In this document: positions 49,543 to 60,265 of the stretch, in pieces
Layout of the letters: each line of letters begins with the position of its first letter
Numbering within the stretch: the first letter of the stretch is position 1
Virus record (IMG/VR): IMGVR_UViG_3300010163_000002
Span: 32,001 to 96,000 of that record
Length of the DNA: 64,000 nucleotides
Source of the DNA: a virus
Lineage: Duplodnaviria > Caudoviricetes
Strand: one strand, 5' to 3'
Program-made: the position numbers and the translations under genes
The notes under the pieces: generated by a model
Database searches by the model: none
Told to the model about the DNA's origin: nothing
What the model saw: the letters and a program-made list of their open reading frames with translations, nothing else

Positions 49543-49779
49543 TTATTTCTTTTTGTGCGGCGTATGTCTGATCTTTCGTATATCACCCTTTACTAACAAA
49601 ATCGCATCTGACTTTGCTTCATCCATATTCAATACAATAGATGTATATTTTTTAGCAATCCCATTTACGACCACGTCACCAAGAGTAGCATTAATTCCAT
49701 GCGCTTTATGGAATAAATCTGCCTCCTGCTCAGAATATACGAAATATCTAAAATACATCGACGGAACTTTATTAGCCAT
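49543..49779 (-). CDS. Small hypothetical protein
   Basis: 78-aa ORF with GGAGG RBS. Confidence 0.6.
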   Translation of the reverse strand: MANKVPSMYFRYFVYSEQEADLFHKAHGINATLGDVVVNGIAKKYTSIVLNMDEAKSDAILLVKGDIRKIRHTPHKKK

Positions 49780-49803
49780 AATTTATTTAGCCTCCCCTTT
49801 ATA

Positions 49804-51576
49804 TCATTCTTCCGTATAAAACATTAACCCATCTCCAAACAAATCTATCCCAGGAATAAACTGTTCTTGAGATTGAGTGTACAGCTCATAATCGATTAAA
49901 GTCTTAGCAATTTTTATGCAATCATTTAACCTATCATTATTACTTTGTTTTCCTGTAATTGAAGTTACTATACTGCACATTTCCTTCTTGGCGTTCATTT
50001 TTCTATATATATCAATAACCTTCGCAAGCTCGGATTCCCAGCTAGATGGTTCTTCATATTCTGTAAAATGCCCATCATGCAATTGTACTAACGGGCATAT
50101 AGTTCCGCTAATTCCCGGATCTGAATTTGACGAACTGTCAATATCAACTCTACCGAGATGCGACGGATGAATAGATCTATATGCATTCGATATTGCATTT
50201 GCTTTTTCGCCTATTCCAGATACACCTTTATAGGTATATTTAAGTGCAGTTATAGCATCAAGATCGTTTACACAATCTTTATAATTAACTAGCTGGCATT
50301 TTATTATTGCATTAATCAGATACATTGGCGGTATTCTTATAGCCTTTCTTATTGTTTCAAGATTAGCTTTATCACCCTTATCAGAAATACGATAAATACC
50401 AGTAGCCAATTTTGATGCATAGTATGAAGCTAAATACTCAGCCCATCTTACTTTTTTAGTTGATATATCAAGATTTTCTTTGCGTCTTAAGCTATTGAAT
50501 TCATACATCATCCATCTCAATACGCAATATACAGTATCTTTATTTTCTGGCTGAAGTTTAAGATCCTCCTTGGTCATAATATCATATATGAATTCCAAAG
50601 AGCCAAGTATGTTATAACCTTTTTCGTACATACTATCAAAATCTTTAACCGTAAACTCCGCTCCTAATGATTTAATCCATTCTCTACCATTGAATATATC
50701 GTTAAACCTCATATTACTGGTTTTAAACATAATATACATGGTATATACAAATGATTGAGCCACCTGTACAGAATCATATATCATTTTATTTATTACGATA
50801 TATATACTATCCCTTATGGGGAATATATAATTATCTTCTCTGCTATACCCATCTGCGTTATTAACTACAAAAATCCCCGTTATTCCAAGAAACTTCATAG
50901 CACCATAATAACCCATTTTAGCACCAATATATTTCATAAGAAGAAGAGACTTCTTAAACATATTGGCAATGAAATATGTGCATGGTATAGAATCTCCATT
51001 TATATCGGTGATGGTATTTGTGTATCTGTAAACCCTTATGGGCATGAATACAGTCTTAAATGTGATAGACTGTTTCTTTGCATTTTTAGATGCGCTATTA
51101 TTATAAGTACTAGCATCTACAATCTGGTACATCGCTGAGTACATATTTCCATTCAACCTGAAATAGAAATGGTTAACAATTCTTGGTATTGCGATATATA
51201 CTGTTATACGATCGCTAACTAAACCATTTTTCTTTTCAAATATTTGGATATAATAGTCCACTTTAATGATTTTCAAATCAGAGTCTCTTAAATTAATGAA
51301 CCCATAAGGATTATCTCTTGCCTTTTTCTCATTTGGCTTTTTGCCTTTATTGATTACGGATTCTTCATATTCCCAAAGTACATGATTAACGTCATCGTAA
51401 TCATCAATTACTTCAAAATTCTCGACCTTTATTGTAAAGGTCGAATCTCGTTCACACGAATAGATTACTTTTCTCAGTGCATCTATAAGATCTTCATCAT
51501 GCCTATTAAATAATTCATCATTAAACTTAGGCCTGAATTGATCATTATACATGTGTATTAATTCTCGTTGTTTCAT
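49804..51576 (-). CDS. Phage multisubunit RNA polymerase beta N-terminal subunit
   Basis: FRLNG..Y...YQ and RSIHPSHLGRVD....S.SDPG match beta F.ING.ER...Q and RDVH.SHYGR.CP. Confidence 0.85.
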   Translation of the reverse strand: MKQRELIHMYNDQFRPKFNDELFNRHDEDLIDALRKVIYSCERDSTFTIKVENFEVIDDYDDVNHVLWEYEESVINKGKKPNEKKARDNPYGFINLRDSDLKIIKVDYYIQIFEKKNGLVSDRITVYIAIPRIVNHFYFRLNGNMYSAMYQIVDASTYNNSASKNAKKQSITFKTVFMPIRVYRYTNTITDINGDSIPCTYFIANMFKKSLLLMKYIGAKMGYYGAMKFLGITGIFVVNNADGYSREDNYIFPIRDSIYIVINKMIYDSVQVAQSFVYTMYIMFKTSNMRFNDIFNGREWIKSLGAEFTVKDFDSMYEKGYNILGSLEFIYDIMTKEDLKLQPENKDTVYCVLRWMMYEFNSLRRKENLDISTKKVRWAEYLASYYASKLATGIYRISDKGDKANLETIRKAIRIPPMYLINAIIKCQLVNYKDCVNDLDAITALKYTYKGVSGIGEKANAISNAYRSIHPSHLGRVDIDSSSNSDPGISGTICPLVQLHDGHFTEYEEPSSWESELAKVIDIYRKMNAKKEMCSIVTSITGKQSNNDRLNDCIKIAKTLIDYELYTQSQEQFIPGIDLFGDGLMFYTEE

Positions 51577-52193
51577 TTCTCAGGCCTCCCTTGAGTTAAA
51601 TCTATATTAAACTCCTGATGCATTGGATTAGGTACATTCTCGTCTTTATCCCTTATGGTTAAATCCACAGATAGATCAAATGCATTAGAAATACTAATCA
51701 ATTTACCAAGAGTAATAGAATTACCCTTAATAAGCCTCATATCATTTTGGAATTGATCAAAACGATCTTCGTATTGTTTTGGATCTATCCTCTTAAGATT
51801 AAGCGCATTTTTAAGAGCTTTCATTTCAGGAGTATCTTTTTCTCCAATCTTAAGCTGTAGTACATTTTCTGACGTAGTCATAATTTCATCCTGAATGTCT
51901 CTTATTAATTGTCTTTTCTGAAATATTTCGTCAATGCATTTTGCATTATCGAAATCTATAATTTTGTCTGCCGAATATTCTGCCTCATTATCCGGTTTAT
52001 TTACTATAGCCACCATAGCCCCTGGTTGATAATATATTCCTGGCCCAGATTCTGTACTTCTATTTCTTATAGGAAGCACTCTATCGCCCACCTGAATTGC
52101 TGTAAATTTTGGTGTATATAAATCTGGATTTTCTGTATACTGCTCCATTGTACATACGGAATACATTTTATCCTCTATATTTACTTTCTTCAT
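51573..52193 (-). CDS. Hypothetical protein, possible C-terminal HTH
   Basis: NSITLGKLISISNAFDL resembles an XRE-type C-terminal helix; overlaps the RNAP gene start. Confidence 0.5.
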   Translation of the reverse strand: MKKVNIEDKMYSVCTMEQYTENPDLYTPKFTAIQVGDRVLPIRNRSTESGPGIYYQPGAMVAIVNKPDNEAEYSADKIIDFDNAKCIDEIFQKRQLIRDIQDEIMTTSENVLQLKIGEKDTPEMKALKNALNLKRIDPKQYEDRFDQFQNDMRLIKGNSITLGKLISISNAFDLSVDLTIRDKDENVPNPMHQEFNIDLTQGRPEK

Positions 52194-52277
52194 ATTCTTA
52201 CCATGCCTTTCAAAAAATTAAAATGTCTGGTAAGAACCTAATCTTACCAGACATAGTAATCCCTGCATTATTTCGGT

Positions 52278-52988
52278 TTATTTATCAAGTACTGTATCAT
52301 CTTTGATGATAGCTTTCATATGACCGTCCGGAGTAATGGCAAATACCTTTTCTCCATCCTCTACAGACACAGACGCCATAAAGTATCCCGGCAGTTCAAT
52401 ATCAACTACCTCCCCGTCAATAGCTTCGCGATCAAGAATCTGAGTAAGTGTATCGATTACGATAAGACACGCATCGAAGATGTATGATTCATGCTCAAAC
52501 TGTACTCCTCCTACATCATAACCAACCTTGTTAAAGGTATATGTGAATTCTCTTCCGCTGCACAGGAGTTTCTTTACTGTCTTGCTCTTCTCAAGCATCT
52601 CGATATCTTTCTGATCGAATGTCATTACATAACTCCAGTTACCCGGCTCGTCAGGATTATCTTTATTGTCATGATACTCTACAATAGCTCCGAACTTGAA
52701 ATTACCCGCTGTATCGATAAGGCACAGGGCTACAGCCTCATCGTTCTTAGCAACTTTAACACCGGAAAGGTATGCTGATACAGAAGCGAAGAATGACTTA
52801 GTAAGTCTCTCAGGACGATCGTCATCGCCGAATGTATATCCCAGGCTATTTCCGTTTACAACGAACGCCTGATGCATTTCTGTTTCTTCCAGAGTCTTTT
52901 CTGCCTTAGGTGTTTTAAATACTCCGGCTACAATAGCCTTCTGGTTCAACAGCCTTTTAAAATCTGTTTGGTTAAATAAATTTCTCAT
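52278..52988 (-). CDS. Early hypothetical protein, probably abundant
   Basis: High-expression-type codons; early-type TATACTAT at 53053-53060; terminator at about 52225-52252. Confidence 0.65.
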   Translation of the reverse strand: MRNLFNQTDFKRLLNQKAIVAGVFKTPKAEKTLEETEMHQAFVVNGNSLGYTFGDDDRPERLTKSFFASVSAYLSGVKVAKNDEAVALCLIDTAGNFKFGAIVEYHDNKDNPDEPGNWSYVMTFDQKDIEMLEKSKTVKKLLCSGREFTYTFNKVGYDVGGVQFEHESYIFDACLIVIDTLTQILDREAIDGEVVDIELPGYFMASVSVEDGEKVFAITPDGHMKAIIKDDTVLDK

Positions 52989-53083
52989 GATTTCTTACCT
53001 CCGTAATTTTTAATATAATTTATAAAGTGCATACTACACTCTTTACCAGAATATAGTATACATTTATATTTAAGTTTGTAGGT

Positions 53084-55381
53084 TTATAAAGTTATATTAT
53101 TATGCTCTATAAACTGCTGTTTAGTGAATATAGGAATTCCTAAAGTTTTTGCCCTTGTTGCTTTGGATGAAGTTGTATTCAAATCATTAACAATTAAAGC
53201 CGTTGTATCTTTTGTAATGCCATACGTATCACTAGCATCAAATCCATGTTCTACAAGAAGCCTAATATATTCAGAATCTCTGAAACCTGATAATACAACT
53301 CTAGGCCCCGTTGGGGCTGTCCCTTTGCTATTAATGATATGAATATTATTAATAATACATGCTAAATCTTCAGCATATAACAATAACCCGTCAGCTATAG
53401 TACTAGCTGTTTTGGGGCCAATTTTAGGAATATCTTTAAGCCTATCATAATTGTCAATGGATAATAATTCTTCCAATGTGTATACATTAAAAATCACTTT
53501 CCATGTTTCATCAGCTATACCATCAAACCCCATAGCAGACATAATTCTATAATCCATATAATCTTCAGTTTTTAACCTATTTATACAGTTCAGTAGATTA
53601 GCGCTGTTTAATGGGCCAAGAATATCAGTTTGCTCATTGGTAAGATTTATAAGCTGATTGAATGATTTTAGCTTAAGAGTCCTAACAGTTTCTTCTGCAA
53701 AATCCTTAAACCCAAGCCTATCAAGCATATCAACCATCTTCATAGTCAATCTTTCAGGGCAATGAGTATTTGGACATTTAGCAGATTTGCCAGATTCTGA
53801 TATTTCTATAGGAGCACCGCAAAACGGGCAATTTGTAATAAATTGCAACGGTTCATTCTTATTATCCCTATTGTGTTGGTTATCTGGTTTAGTAATATAT
53901 GTGATTACTTCATTCACATAGTCAATATTGATTTCATCACCAATAGCAAGATTTAATTCCTTAAATCTTTTAAAGGAATGAATAGTTTGTTTTGTATGGA
54001 TACCTCCAATAAATTCACATGGTTTAAAATGCACCATTGGAATTATAGTACCAGTTTTACCAACTGAATACGTGTAACCCAAGAATATAGTTCTAGCACT
54101 CTTTGGATTAAATTTTATAGCCATAGAATATTTATTAACAGAGTTTTCTCTACCAAGCATTTGCTTCTTATTTGAATCTGTAAATGATATTACTACACCA
54201 TCTATCATATATGGTAAAATCTTTCTAACCTCTTCTGCAGACTCTGTAAATTGTTTAACCTGATATAAGATAGACTGATAATCCCCATAAAATGTACAGA
54301 ATCTATTATACTCTCCAGAATTATAATACTTATTCAGAAAATTTAATTCTGTAATTCTTGGCATATCCAATGATGTAGCAAGAGGTATTAGAGTTATATA
54401 ATCAATAAATCTATTACCATCACTAGCTCCTAATATTCCTATAATAGCATTTCTTGCATTCTTGTATGATTTTTGTCTGATTTGTGATAGCATATCAAGA
54501 TTGTAATACGTTATAACAGCCTCAAATTTAATACCAAATTTAATATCCTTTGGCACATCTTTGGCATTATAAAATTTATACCCGCCAAATATAGGAGTCA
54601 AATCTGTAGCTACATTTTCTGCAGTATCTCCTCTGCTTAATGCAGATATTATTGTGTCTCCACATACTTCTGCTTCTACAGATACTCCATCGTATTTGAG
54701 TTCTCCAACCATCTCAAATTTTTCCCCGGGATATATAGCTTGTTTTTCAAGACATTTATGAATAAAATCTCTCTCAAATACATTTACAGATGGAGTATTA
54801 AACGCATCGGCCTTAATAGCATCATTATTTAATACAAATTTACACTTATCAAGAGTACCAACAAGCTCCGGATATTTGTGCTCTGTATTAATCAGTCTTT
54901 TTGTAATTGGCCCATTATCTATAAAACACATATTCTTAGGTCTTACATTTGATAACGGGGTATGCTGTGACCATATATCTCTAATATACATTTTTGAATC
55001 CATGTCATCTAGAGCAACGCACATAACCTTTTCATCAATAATTTCATTTTGAGGCCTCTCCTCAAATATTACAGGAGGGGCCCCTACTTGATAGTTTTTA
55101 TCATATTTCTGATAAATAACTATTAATCTATCATAAACTCCATCATCTAGAGGGTTAATTGAACAACTAGTATTGTTATAAGCAATATTGCTTATTCTTA
55201 ATATTAAATCAGCAATCATAATTTGGTTCTTTGACCAATTTGGGTTCTCTATTAATTCTAATGCAGTATAACTTATACTTGCGCTAACCTTATAGTCATC
55301 TATAACACTAAGGTCTCCTGATTTGAGAGCTTTCAATATCATCCTCAGGTTTTCTATTGCCATCATTTTCATCATCACCAA
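53084..55381 (-). CDS. ligA: NAD-dependent DNA ligase
   Basis: D..YDRL (domain Ia), ELKYDG, SRGD....TDLT, NARNA, IDGVVI, AIKF, VGKTG.I.P, Zn finger CPFC...CPN..C, HhH IPKIG.KTA, C-terminal BRCT; true start probably a few codons downstream. Confidence 0.93.
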   Translation of the reverse strand: MVMMKMMAIENLRMILKALKSGDLSVIDDYKVSASISYTALELIENPNWSKNQIMIADLILRISNIAYNNTSCSINPLDDGVYDRLIVIYQKYDKNYQVGAPPVIFEERPQNEIIDEKVMCVALDDMDSKMYIRDIWSQHTPLSNVRPKNMCFIDNGPITKRLINTEHKYPELVGTLDKCKFVLNNDAIKADAFNTPSVNVFERDFIHKCLEKQAIYPGEKFEMVGELKYDGVSVEAEVCGDTIISALSRGDTAENVATDLTPIFGGYKFYNAKDVPKDIKFGIKFEAVITYYNLDMLSQIRQKSYKNARNAIIGILGASDGNRFIDYITLIPLATSLDMPRITELNFLNKYYNSGEYNRFCTFYGDYQSILYQVKQFTESAEEVRKILPYMIDGVVISFTDSNKKQMLGRENSVNKYSMAIKFNPKSARTIFLGYTYSVGKTGTIIPMVHFKPCEFIGGIHTKQTIHSFKRFKELNLAIGDEINIDYVNEVITYITKPDNQHNRDNKNEPLQFITNCPFCGAPIEISESGKSAKCPNTHCPERLTMKMVDMLDRLGFKDFAEETVRTLKLKSFNQLINLTNEQTDILGPLNSANLLNCINRLKTEDYMDYRIMSAMGFDGIADETWKVIFNVYTLEELLSIDNYDRLKDIPKIGPKTASTIADGLLLYAEDLACIINNIHIINSKGTAPTGPRVVLSGFRDSEYIRLLVEHGFDASDTYGITKDTTALIVNDLNTTSSKATRAKTLGIPIFTKQQFIEHNNITL

Positions 55382-57569
55382 CCTTTTTACACATTACTTT
55401 AAGGCATAATGGATTCTTGCTTTGACGTTCTGTCATTGCTGCATTATACATCATGGGAAGCTCGTCAAATCTACCCATGATATCCCTTATATTAGTTTTT
55501 GGCGCAAATCTGCTGGGCGGTACTACTTTAGCCATAACATTTAATACCATCTGTTTGCGTTTCTTTGGAATCTTATTGAATACCAATTCAAGACCCATTG
55601 TCTCCATCAATGCATTGATTATTTCGGCATTTCTGTTCTTTGACTGATGATCAAGCCTAATATCAATATTGTATGGATCTCCTGTTAATAGCTGTTCTGT
55701 TAGTCTTCTTCCCAATGGAGATGAAGAATATAACATAAGAAGCATTACAACGTACTGTACGCCTAAATGCATCATATCGCCAGCTTCCATAAATCCGAAC
55801 ATAATCGGAGTCTTTGTAAACTTGGCCTCATACATCTTATTAGCTTTAGAACGAGTATTAAGATTCTTAAGATTGGTAGCTGAAAGTGATGTTACAGAAA
55901 ACTTCTCTTCCGCATACTGCTTCAATCTATAATGATAAATCTTGCCTGCAGACATTGGTCTACGGGTTTGTACCATTCTTACATTACCATTAGAATCAAC
56001 CATTGGTACCTTGACCTTATACTGTTTAATCCATGAGAACTTTCTGTATATATCGCTTAAGGTATCAATATTAATTGTTGTGGTAAATGGCTGAATACTT
56101 AATATAATACCATCATCTTCAAAAAGACTATCAATAAATACTTTAGCCTCAAATTCATCATCGAAATTAACGTTCTCTTTGAAGAAGTTTGCTTGGGCTG
56201 GATCGACCATGTTAACAAAGTCATACCACATATAGCATTTCTCTGTAGCACTTAATACTTCAAGTTTAAAATAATCAAGTATCCTCATACCAATAAACGA
56301 TAAAGATTGCTCATTTAACTGGCCAATATTTTCTCTGTTTATACATGTAGATTGATTCTTAACTACCTCAACTCTTTTGCCATTATCAAGCATTGGCATC
56401 ATTTCATCAGGAAGAATCTGTGATACAACACCTTTACCACCATATCTATCAGACATCTTATCACCAGCGCACATTGGTAGTGCCTGAACCGTTGTTACTT
56501 CCATAATAACATGGTTAAACTGTTTGCTATCGAAATAGCCTTTGCCAAGTATTGCATCTCTACAGGTTCCATAAAGCTTCTTAAGCTCATACGATAGCAT
56601 ATGGCTTTCTGTCATTGCAAGTGGGCCTACTATATCATTGACTTGCCTACAGAAATTCATATATTGATTATAATAGAACAAAAGCTGTTCATTATATCTT
56701 GACCCGGTAAGAGCTTCCGGATTATTTGTAAATACGTTTATATCCGCTACAATACCATCCATTGTGATATTTCTATCTGATAGCATTGTATCTCTCAAAT
56801 TAGATTGAGACATTGTGAATAGAATATTATCATTTTCTATTCTTCTTATTGCACAGAATACACCATCCTTTACTTCTTCTCCAATATTAGGAAAGGTTTT
56901 ATAAATGCCATTACTTCCATATAAATCAAGAAGAATATCATTATCATTTATACTGATAGAATTATTCTTGACTAATACAGTTTCAAGTTTCTTAGCTGCT
57001 GTTTCTGATATTATAACAGAGTCCTCCATATTTTGAGCGCATGATAAATATAATGTAAGAAGATTAACACCATTCATCTTATTAGTATATTCATCAAATC
57101 CAATGGACGTTTTAATGACATCTTTATTATGCAGAATATCTCCAACTTTAAGATTATCAAGTCTTTCATTATTCCACCAGAAACCATATGACTCTGTATT
57201 ATAGTTATATGAAACTCTTTCTATCACATCATACATTCCAGTGTCTACATCCTGAACTATTAGATAGTAATGTTTATTTGTAAAATCGAATTTATTAATC
57301 TTAAATAAGATTTTAAGATTTTTATCATTTTCCACATACGAATTAGATTTTCTGCCAAATTCCGTTTCGTATCCGGTTTGAATAATTGGTACCTCAGCAT
57401 TATTAAGTACCATGTGCTGTTCTGTATGGATAGAATACATCAATGCTCGCGAACCAGAGTTAGCTGGTTTAAATGGCTGCATTAGCGTTCTACCCAAAGC
57501 ATAATTATAATCTGGTAGATCTTTTGTATATTCATCTACTTGTTGCATTATGTTAAGATCGTTACCCAT
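55308..57569 (-). CDS. Phage multisubunit RNA polymerase beta C-terminal subunit
   Basis: SRALM, NMEDSVIISE, GDKMSDRYGGKGVVSQILPDEMMP, RLKQYAEEK, FGFME. Confidence 0.92.
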   Translation of the reverse strand: MGNDLNIMQQVDEYTKDLPDYNYALGRTLMQPFKPANSGSRALMYSIHTEQHMVLNNAEVPIIQTGYETEFGRKSNSYVENDKNLKILFKINKFDFTNKHYYLIVQDVDTGMYDVIERVSYNYNTESYGFWWNNERLDNLKVGDILHNKDVIKTSIGFDEYTNKMNGVNLLTLYLSCAQNMEDSVIISETAAKKLETVLVKNNSISINDNDILLDLYGSNGIYKTFPNIGEEVKDGVFCAIRRIENDNILFTMSQSNLRDTMLSDRNITMDGIVADINVFTNNPEALTGSRYNEQLLFYYNQYMNFCRQVNDIVGPLAMTESHMLSYELKKLYGTCRDAILGKGYFDSKQFNHVIMEVTTVQALPMCAGDKMSDRYGGKGVVSQILPDEMMPMLDNGKRVEVVKNQSTCINRENIGQLNEQSLSFIGMRILDYFKLEVLSATEKCYMWYDFVNMVDPAQANFFKENVNFDDEFEAKVFIDSLFEDDGIILSIQPFTTTINIDTLSDIYRKFSWIKQYKVKVPMVDSNGNVRMVQTRRPMSAGKIYHYRLKQYAEEKFSVTSLSATNLKNLNTRSKANKMYEAKFTKTPIMFGFMEAGDMMHLGVQYVVMLLMLYSSSPLGRRLTEQLLTGDPYNIDIRLDHQSKNRNAEIINALMETMGLELVFNKIPKKRKQMVLNVMAKVVPPSRFAPKTNIRDIMGRFDELPMMYNAAMTERQSKNPLCLKVMCKKVGDDENDGNRKPEDDIESSQIRRP

Positions 57570-57642
57570 CTTACTTTCCTCCTTAATATTTTTATTAAGA
57601 GATGGGTTTATATCCCCATCTCTTAAATATAATATATTATCA

Positions 57643-57855
57643 TTAGATTATTTTGCACATAGTCTTTTTTCTTTCATCGCATTTTCTTCGAATGAAATTA
57701 TTAACACTTTCTCTAGGAATTTTCCATACAGTGCCAATCTTAAATGCATCTATGTCTCCACTATTCAACAAATCATATGCTGTATTCTTTCCAATACCAA
57801 GCATATTGCAGAGCCCATCTATTTCAATAAGTGCAGGCTGCTCTTTAATTGTCAT
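57643..57855 (-). CDS. Excisionase/MerR-type helix-turn-helix DNA-binding protein
   Basis: L..MLGIGKNTAYDLL.SG.I.AFKIG..WKIPRES. Confidence 0.85.
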   Translation of the reverse strand: MTIKEQPALIEIDGLCNMLGIGKNTAYDLLNSGDIDAFKIGTVWKIPRESVNNFIRRKCDERKKTMCKII

Positions 57856-57876
57856 TCAATAATTCACCCCTTATCT

Positions 57877-59106
57877 TTAGTTAAACGTATTAAGTTGCTG
57901 TAATATTGCTTGATATGGGGACGCCATACCATTCATCATATCTTTTTCCATTTTCTTTTTTGCTTCTCTAGCTAGCATATCTTCTGTGAGTGCCTTAAAA
58001 CACACAGAAACAAACTGATTGTAGAAATCAGGATTGTTATATAGAGTATGTTTAAATGATTTTTGTGAAAATTTAATATCGCTACCAGGCAATCTTAAAT
58101 ATGCTCCAGCCCCTTCAAGAATATTATTCTCCTTAAGATAATAGTACAAACTTAAGTCAGGATCATATCCAGTATTCTGATCAAATACCAACGTGGCTGC
58201 TTTACCGGCCTTGTTAGTTCTAGATTTCACGATCTCTACACTTACAATAGAACCATCTATTCCAAATGCCTCAGACTCTTTAAGTTTAGATTTTTCGTCT
58301 AATCTAAAAATATTATTCTGAAGATATGTAGAAGTAGTTTTTCCTCCAGGTAATGATTCATCCTGTTTAAGATAAGCCAAATCAGATTTACTTGGTAAGA
58401 AACTTCCTATGCCTTTCTTTGTAATATGGTTAATTACAAGCATAATAATATTTGCTTCTCTACAAAGCGGAACTAATCTAAGGAAAATATCAGAATTAAT
58501 TCTCGCTGTTGTAGCTCCATTCATATTACTTCCTTCATCATCTGTTAAGTTCTTTGGGAGGATTGCTTTAAGCGAATCCAATATGTATACTGTTGGTTCG
58601 AACTTAATAATTGGCTTTCCATACTCATCAATAATTCCAGTGTCATATGCATACTCTTCCGGATTATCGACTTTGATATCATGGATAAGTTTAATTCTGT
58701 TATATACGCTTTCTGTTGTAATACCGGCGTCTCTTAAGATGAATCTATTTTTAAATTCATCCTGAGAAAATCCTGATAACTGAATGGCTCTACTGAGCAA
58801 GAAACCAGATTCAGCATTATCCATATAAACGCACGATGTAGGAAATGGCCTAATAATATTTGCCGCCCACTGAGCGCAAATAGTAGATTTACCAGCGCCA
58901 GATCTAGCAATTACAGCATTAATAGATCCATCAACAATTCCAACTTCAAAATGTTTTTTACCGTTGATTTCAAGAATTGTTCCATTAAGAAAATCTATAT
59001 TTAAAAAACCGGTGCTATATGCTATTGAATGCTGCTGTTCATTTATCATTGATATATCTTTTGTTTTCTTTACTTGTTCTCTAAACGCCGCACTAAGTAA
59101 TGTCAT
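57877..59106 (-). CDS. RecA/UvsX-like recombinase
   Basis: STGFLNIDFLNG, Walker A ARSGAGKST, DNAE, YILDSL, INH, LPGG, VKSR. Confidence 0.88.
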   Translation of the reverse strand: MTLLSAAFREQVKKTKDISMINEQQHSIAYSTGFLNIDFLNGTILEINGKKHFEVGIVDGSINAVIARSGAGKSTICAQWAANIIRPFPTSCVYMDNAESGFLLSRAIQLSGFSQDEFKNRFILRDAGITTESVYNRIKLIHDIKVDNPEEYAYDTGIIDEYGKPIIKFEPTVYILDSLKAILPKNLTDDEGSNMNGATTARINSDIFLRLVPLCREANIIMLVINHITKKGIGSFLPSKSDLAYLKQDESLPGGKTTSTYLQNNIFRLDEKSKLKESEAFGIDGSIVSVEIVKSRTNKAGKAATLVFDQNTGYDPDLSLYYYLKENNILEGAGAYLRLPGSDIKFSQKSFKHTLYNNPDFYNQFVSVCFKALTEDMLAREAKKKMEKDMMNGMASPYQAILQQLNTFN

Positions 59107-59234
59107 AATCTATACCTCCATAAATAATTCATTACAAGAATGTAACACGCGAAATAATTTATTACAATTTAATATGGGAATAAAAAATAAACAGCACAAT
59201 ATGATTGCAGTAGGGATTTCTCCCTACTGCATAA

Positions 59235-60158
59235 TTATGGCACATATATACCTTCATACGTTTTTAATGCATATACAGCATCATTAATTCTGCTGTAATC
59301 GTCTGACAACCGCTGCATTGAAAATCTTATTTTCTTTTGATTATTAACCATGTCATAACCAGATGCATAATTAAGAAGTGTAGATCTAATCATAGCAGAT
59401 GGTAAATCATTAAGTATGTCAAGAATAACAAGAGATAGAGTAGAGTCAACTTCCTCTATCTCAGGGGTCACCCATCCATTCTCATTATCATCATATTCCG
59501 GTATAACGTCGAACATAACATATTGGAATATTTTAACCCAGTCTGCCATAATATTATAAAGGGTTCTAAATATTTCCATAATCATATCATGTGACATTAG
59601 TACCTTAGGTTGATTTATAATAGCAAAATCAACTCTTCTAACACAAATATTTAAATCCAAATCAGAGTATCTTGCTATTAAAAGTGAGTTAGCAAAAGTC
59701 CCACTTAATCCAAGCCCTAACAATCTTGGAAGTTGCCCTCTATTGATTATAGAACTTATCTTAAGCATTCTATCAGATACCATCTTATCCCTGTTAGATG
59801 GATTTAATGTAATATACTGATAGCATATCATATTGATTTTAACAATATGATCTTTTTCAAATGTCGGTATTGAAACTATTACATCTATAAAAGCTTCAAG
59901 AAATCTTACATCTGTAAAACACTGTACATAAACATTTACATCCTGAGACCCAAAGAAAATATTGTTAAGAATAACATGAATATTATTCCTTATAAAAGAT
60001 CTCAATTCGTCATTTCCCATATTTGGAACATCATAAATGCTTTTAAGTAAAATATTATTATTGAATCTTGGCGAATTTGCCGGAACGACTTTCACCATTT
60101 CTCTCAAATGAGTTCTATCGTACTCAGCTTTCTCTGCCCAATATTTTTCAAAAGCCAT
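59235..60158 (-). CDS. Hypothetical helical protein
   Basis: 307 aa; GGAGG RBS; N-terminal LREMVKVV variant of the shared motif. Confidence 0.65.
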   Translation of the reverse strand: MAFEKYWAEKAEYDRTHLREMVKVVPANSPRFNNNILLKSIYDVPNMGNDELRSFIRNNIHVILNNIFFGSQDVNVYVQCFTDVRFLEAFIDVIVSIPTFEKDHIVKINMICYQYITLNPSNRDKMVSDRMLKISSIINRGQLPRLLGLGLSGTFANSLLIARYSDLDLNICVRRVDFAIINQPKVLMSHDMIMEIFRTLYNIMADWVKIFQYVMFDVIPEYDDNENGWVTPEIEEVDSTLSLVILDILNDLPSAMIRSTLLNYASGYDMVNNQKKIRFSMQRLSDDYSRINDAVYALKTYEGIYVP

Positions 60159-60265
60159 CTTACTTACCTCCTTTGTTTATTACATATATAATATGCAACT
60201 AAATGTAATTTAATGAAAAAATAAAACAGCGGGCAGTCTTTATAACTACCCGCCGTATATAAATA

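Noticed and set aside
57646-57669. Shared motif as a CaaX prenylation box (..MCKII*)
   Set aside because: Only this copy has Cys at position -4; others are internal, N-terminal or have Val in place of Cys
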